DNA of 19,895 nt, taken from Acaryochloridaceae cyanobacterium VAR_48_metabat_390 (GTDB lineage: Bacteria > Cyanobacteriota > Cyanobacteriia > Thermosynechococcales > Thermosynechococcaceae). The notes under the pieces were generated by a model. The model saw only the letters and a program-made list of their open reading frames with translations, did not search any database and was not told the DNA's origin. Below, piece after piece: positions 17,250-19,895 of the stretch; within the stretch, counting starts at the first letter, position 1, and each line of letters begins with the position of its first letter. The translations under genes and the position numbers were made by a program. The DNA lies in assembly GCA_031422435.1 (NCBI GenBank), contig JANPLU010000044.1, positions 1-19,895 on the forward strand. Reading direction: 5' to 3'.

Positions 17250-17552
17250 GTGGCTAACATTAAATCTGCGATCAAACGCATTCAAGTCTCGGAACGTAAT
17301 CGTCTCCGCAATAAGTCCTATAAGACCGCTATCAAAACGCTGACGAAGAAGTATTTTGATGCCGTTCGTCAGTACGCTGCTGAGCCAACACCAGAACAAA
17401 TGGCGTTGGTCGAAGAGCGCATGTCCTCCGCTTACAGCAAAATTGACAAAGCCGTCAAGCGTGGCGTCATTCATACCAACAACGGCGCTCGTAAAAAAGC
17501 ACGAATCTCCCGTGTTCTCAAGAACTCAACGCAAGAAGTCGCTGCTGCCTAG
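17250..17552 (+). CDS. rpsT: 30S ribosomal protein S20
   Basis: GTG start giving (M)[29 protein letters not shown]...[23 protein letters not shown]. The ORF track's extension to 17208 is not S20-like. Confidence 0.97.
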   Translation: MANIKSAIKRIQVSERNRLRNKSYKTAIKTLTKKYFDAVRQYAAEPTPEQMALVEERMSSAYSKIDKAVKRGVIHTNNGARKKARISRVLKNSTQEVAAA

Positions 17553-17643
17553 TGTAGATTCGGCTTGCATTTTGGGCTGCTCCTAGCTAGGGTCATCAGT
17601 CAGATTTAGGCATTGACAAGTTTCTGAAACTCGAAATATCAGA

Positions 17644-18456
17644 ATGAATCTCATTGATACCCATGTTCACCTTAACTTCGAGGCTTTTGAGCCTGATTTT
17701 GAGGCAGTTGCCCAGCGTTGGCGAGAAGCAGGCGTCGTTCGGTTGGTGCATTCCTGTGTTGAACCCAGCGAGTTTGAGAAGATTCAGGCTTTAGCGCATC
17801 GCTACCCAGAGCTATTTTTTGCTGTGGGTCTGCATCCTTTAGACGTAGCGCAGTGGTCAGAATCTTTGGGGGAGCGAATTCAAGTCTTAGCTGCTTCAGA
17901 TTCTAAGGTGGTTGCCATCGGGGAAACAGGGTTAGATTTCTACAAGGCAGATAATGCAGCGGAGCAATTTGAAGCCTTTGAGACTCAGCTCCTGATCGCT
18001 CAGCGGCTCAACCTTCCGGTCATTATTCACTGTCGTGATGCGGCACTGGCGATGGCTGAGTTTCTGAGGCAATTCTGGCAGCAGCATGGCTCTGTTAAAG
18101 GGGTAATGCACTGCTGGGGGGGGACGCCTGAAGAAACGCAGTGGTTCCTTGACCTAGGCTTCTTTATCAGCTTTAGCGGGACGGTCACATTCAAAAATGC
18201 GACTCAAATCCATGAATCTGCTAAGATTGTGCCTGAAAATCGACTACTGATCGAGACAGACTGCCCTTTTCTAGCCCCAGTTCCAAAGCGAGGAGAGCGC
18301 CGAAACGAACCTTCCTATGTCTATCACGTCGCCCAGCGAATTGCCGAATTGCGGAACTCCCCACTCGGAGAAATTGCCGCCCAAACGACTCAAAATGCCT
18401 ATCAGTTGTTCAATCTACCTTGCCTGACTGAGCAGCCTGTTTTGGCACAAGTTTAG
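17644..18456 (+). CDS. tatD: TatD-family DNase/hydrolase
   Basis: [61 protein letters not shown]. Confidence 0.95.
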   Translation: MNLIDTHVHLNFEAFEPDFEAVAQRWREAGVVRLVHSCVEPSEFEKIQALAHRYPELFFAVGLHPLDVAQWSESLGERIQVLAASDSKVVAIGETGLDFYKADNAAEQFEAFETQLLIAQRLNLPVIIHCRDAALAMAEFLRQFWQQHGSVKGVMHCWGGTPEETQWFLDLGFFISFSGTVTFKNATQIHESAKIVPENRLLIETDCPFLAPVPKRGERRNEPSYVYHVAQRIAELRNSPLGEIAAQTTQNAYQLFNLPCLTEQPVLAQV

Positions 18457-18674
18457 TTAGTTACGTTAGACTGAATCACCGACCCAGCAGATAAAGCGAA
18501 GGCTCCTTAAAGGTCATATCCTCAGGAGTCGCTTAACTCCAGACAAATCTTCGTTGCCCAGACCCACCGATTTAAAGACCCGCTACGGCGCATTATGTTT
18601 GAATTGACTTTTCCTTTGCGTAGGATTATGACATACAATCTATTTGCGCTGGGCGTGACCTCTAGAGGAGACGC

Positions 18675-19895
18675 ATGACTAATCAGATCTACACCCAACC
18701 CGCTTTTGCTCTACCAGATTTGGTCGAAATTCAGCGGGCTAGCTTTCGATGGTTCCTCGAAGAAGGTCTAATTGAAGAGCTAGACAGCTTTTCGCCGATT
18801 ACAGACTACACAGGCAAGATTGAGCTTCACTTCCTTGCTAAAGATTATAAGCTGAAGCGGCCTAAGTACGACGTCGATGAAGCAAAGCGGCGGGATAGTA
18901 CCTATGCCGTTCAAATGTATGTTCCCACTCGCCTCATCAATAAAGAGACAGGCGAAATTAAGGAGCAAGAAGTTTTTATTGGCGATCTGCCCCTCATGAC
19001 CGATAGAGGGACGTTTATTATCAATGGCGCTGAGCGCGTGATTGTAAACCAAATTGTGCGGAGTCCCGGCGTCTACTACAAGTCTGAAACCGACAAAAAC
19101 GGGCGGCGAACCTACAATGCCAGCCTGATTCCAAATCGTGGGGCATGGCTTAAGTTTGAAACCGACAAAAACGATCTCGTTTGGGTACGAATCGACAAGA
19201 CGCGTAAACTTTCGGCGCAGGTGCTGCTGAAGGCGCTGGGGTTAACGGATGGCGAAATTTTTGATCGACTCCGTCACCCTGAGTACTACCAAAAGACGAT
19301 TGAAAAAGAAGGTCAATTCGGCGAAGAAGAGGCGCTGCTGGAGCTGTACCGTAAGCTGCGACCCGGTGAGCCTCCGACGGTCTCTGGTGGTCAACAGCTT
19401 TTAGACTCTCGATTCTTTGACCCCAAGCGCTATGACTTGGGTCGGGTTGGTCGCTACAAGCTCAATAAAAAGCTGCGGCTTAGCACGGCTGAAAATACGC
19501 GGGTGCTGACACCAGACGATATTTTGGCTGCGATCGACTACCTGATTAACCTAGAGTTTGACATCGGCAATGTTGATGACATTGACCACTTAGGGAATCG
19601 TCGCGTCCGATCCGTGGGCGAACTGCTCCAAAACCAAGTGCGCGTGGGTCTTAATCGACTAGAGCGCATTATCAAAGAGCGGATGACCGTTTCTGATGTG
19701 GAGTCTTTGACCCCCGCCTCTTTGGTTAACCCTAAGCCTTTAGTGGCGGCGATTAAAGAGTTCTTTGGATCTAGCCAACTGTCTCAGTTTATGGATCAAA
19801 CCAACCCGCTAGCGGAGTTAACCCACAAGAGACGGCTGAGTGCTCTTGGACCAGGGGGTCTAACGCGAGAGCGCGCTGGGTTTGCGGTACGAGAT
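18675..19895 (+). CDS. rpoB: DNA-directed RNA polymerase beta subunit (3' partial, runs off window)
   Basis: Not in the ORF track because no stop is reached. Manual translation from ATG 18675 (GAGGAG upstream): [27 protein letters not shown]...[21 protein letters not shown]...[21 protein letters not shown]...[41 protein letters not shown]. Confidence 0.98.
   Translation, partial: MTNQIYTQPAFALPDLVEIQRASFRWFLEEGLIEELDSFSPITDYTGKIELHFLAKDYKLKRPKYDVDEAKRRDSTYAVQMYVPTRLINKETGEIKEQEVFIGDLPLMTDRGTFIINGAERVIVNQIVRSPGVYYKSETDKNGRRTYNASLIPNRGAWLKFETDKNDLVWVRIDKTRKLSAQVLLKALGLTDGEIFDRLRHPEYYQKTIEKEGQFGEEEALLELYRKLRPGEPPTVSGGQQLLDSRFFDPKRYDLGRVGRYKLNKKLRLSTAENTRVLTPDDILAAIDYLINLEFDIGNVDDIDHLGNRRVRSVGELLQNQVRVGLNRLERIIKERMTVSDVESLTPASLVNPKPLVAAIKEFFGSSQLSQFMDQTNPLAELTHKRRLSALGPGGLTRERAGFAVRD

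Overview
A cyanobacterial core-genome segment, based on about 26 hand-counted HIP1 octamers (GCGATCGC) and the hisD<-/->rpsT-tatD-rpoB arrangement. From left to right it holds an Amidase_2 peptidoglycan amidase, whose 5' end falls in about 120 nt of homopolymer-rich, probably unreliable sequence, then an RNase R/Zam-type protein, phoU, gpsA, an 83-aa hypothetical, mltA and a 74-aa hypothetical. These are followed by a MalK-type ABC ATPase, a DUF815 ATPase, a lipoprotein, fused cobA/hemD, glycerate kinase, a 131-aa hypothetical, a universal stress protein, hisD, rpsT, tatD and the 5' part of rpoB. I saw no rRNA, tRNA, CRISPR array or transposase. The five most interesting observations are: (1) a roughly 410-nt multi-stem leader or ncRNA in front of the 83-aa protein, which has Sm/LSm-like motif spacing; (2) an RNase R homologue with a degenerate catalytic Asp motif, preceded by a 570-nt stem-rich intergenic region; (3) an orphan lipoprotein with PilP/GspC-HR-like features; (4) a structured rpoB leader with alternative pairings; (5) two perfect 18-19 bp intergenic inverted repeats. 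All RNA structures and fold assignments were made by eye and are unverified.
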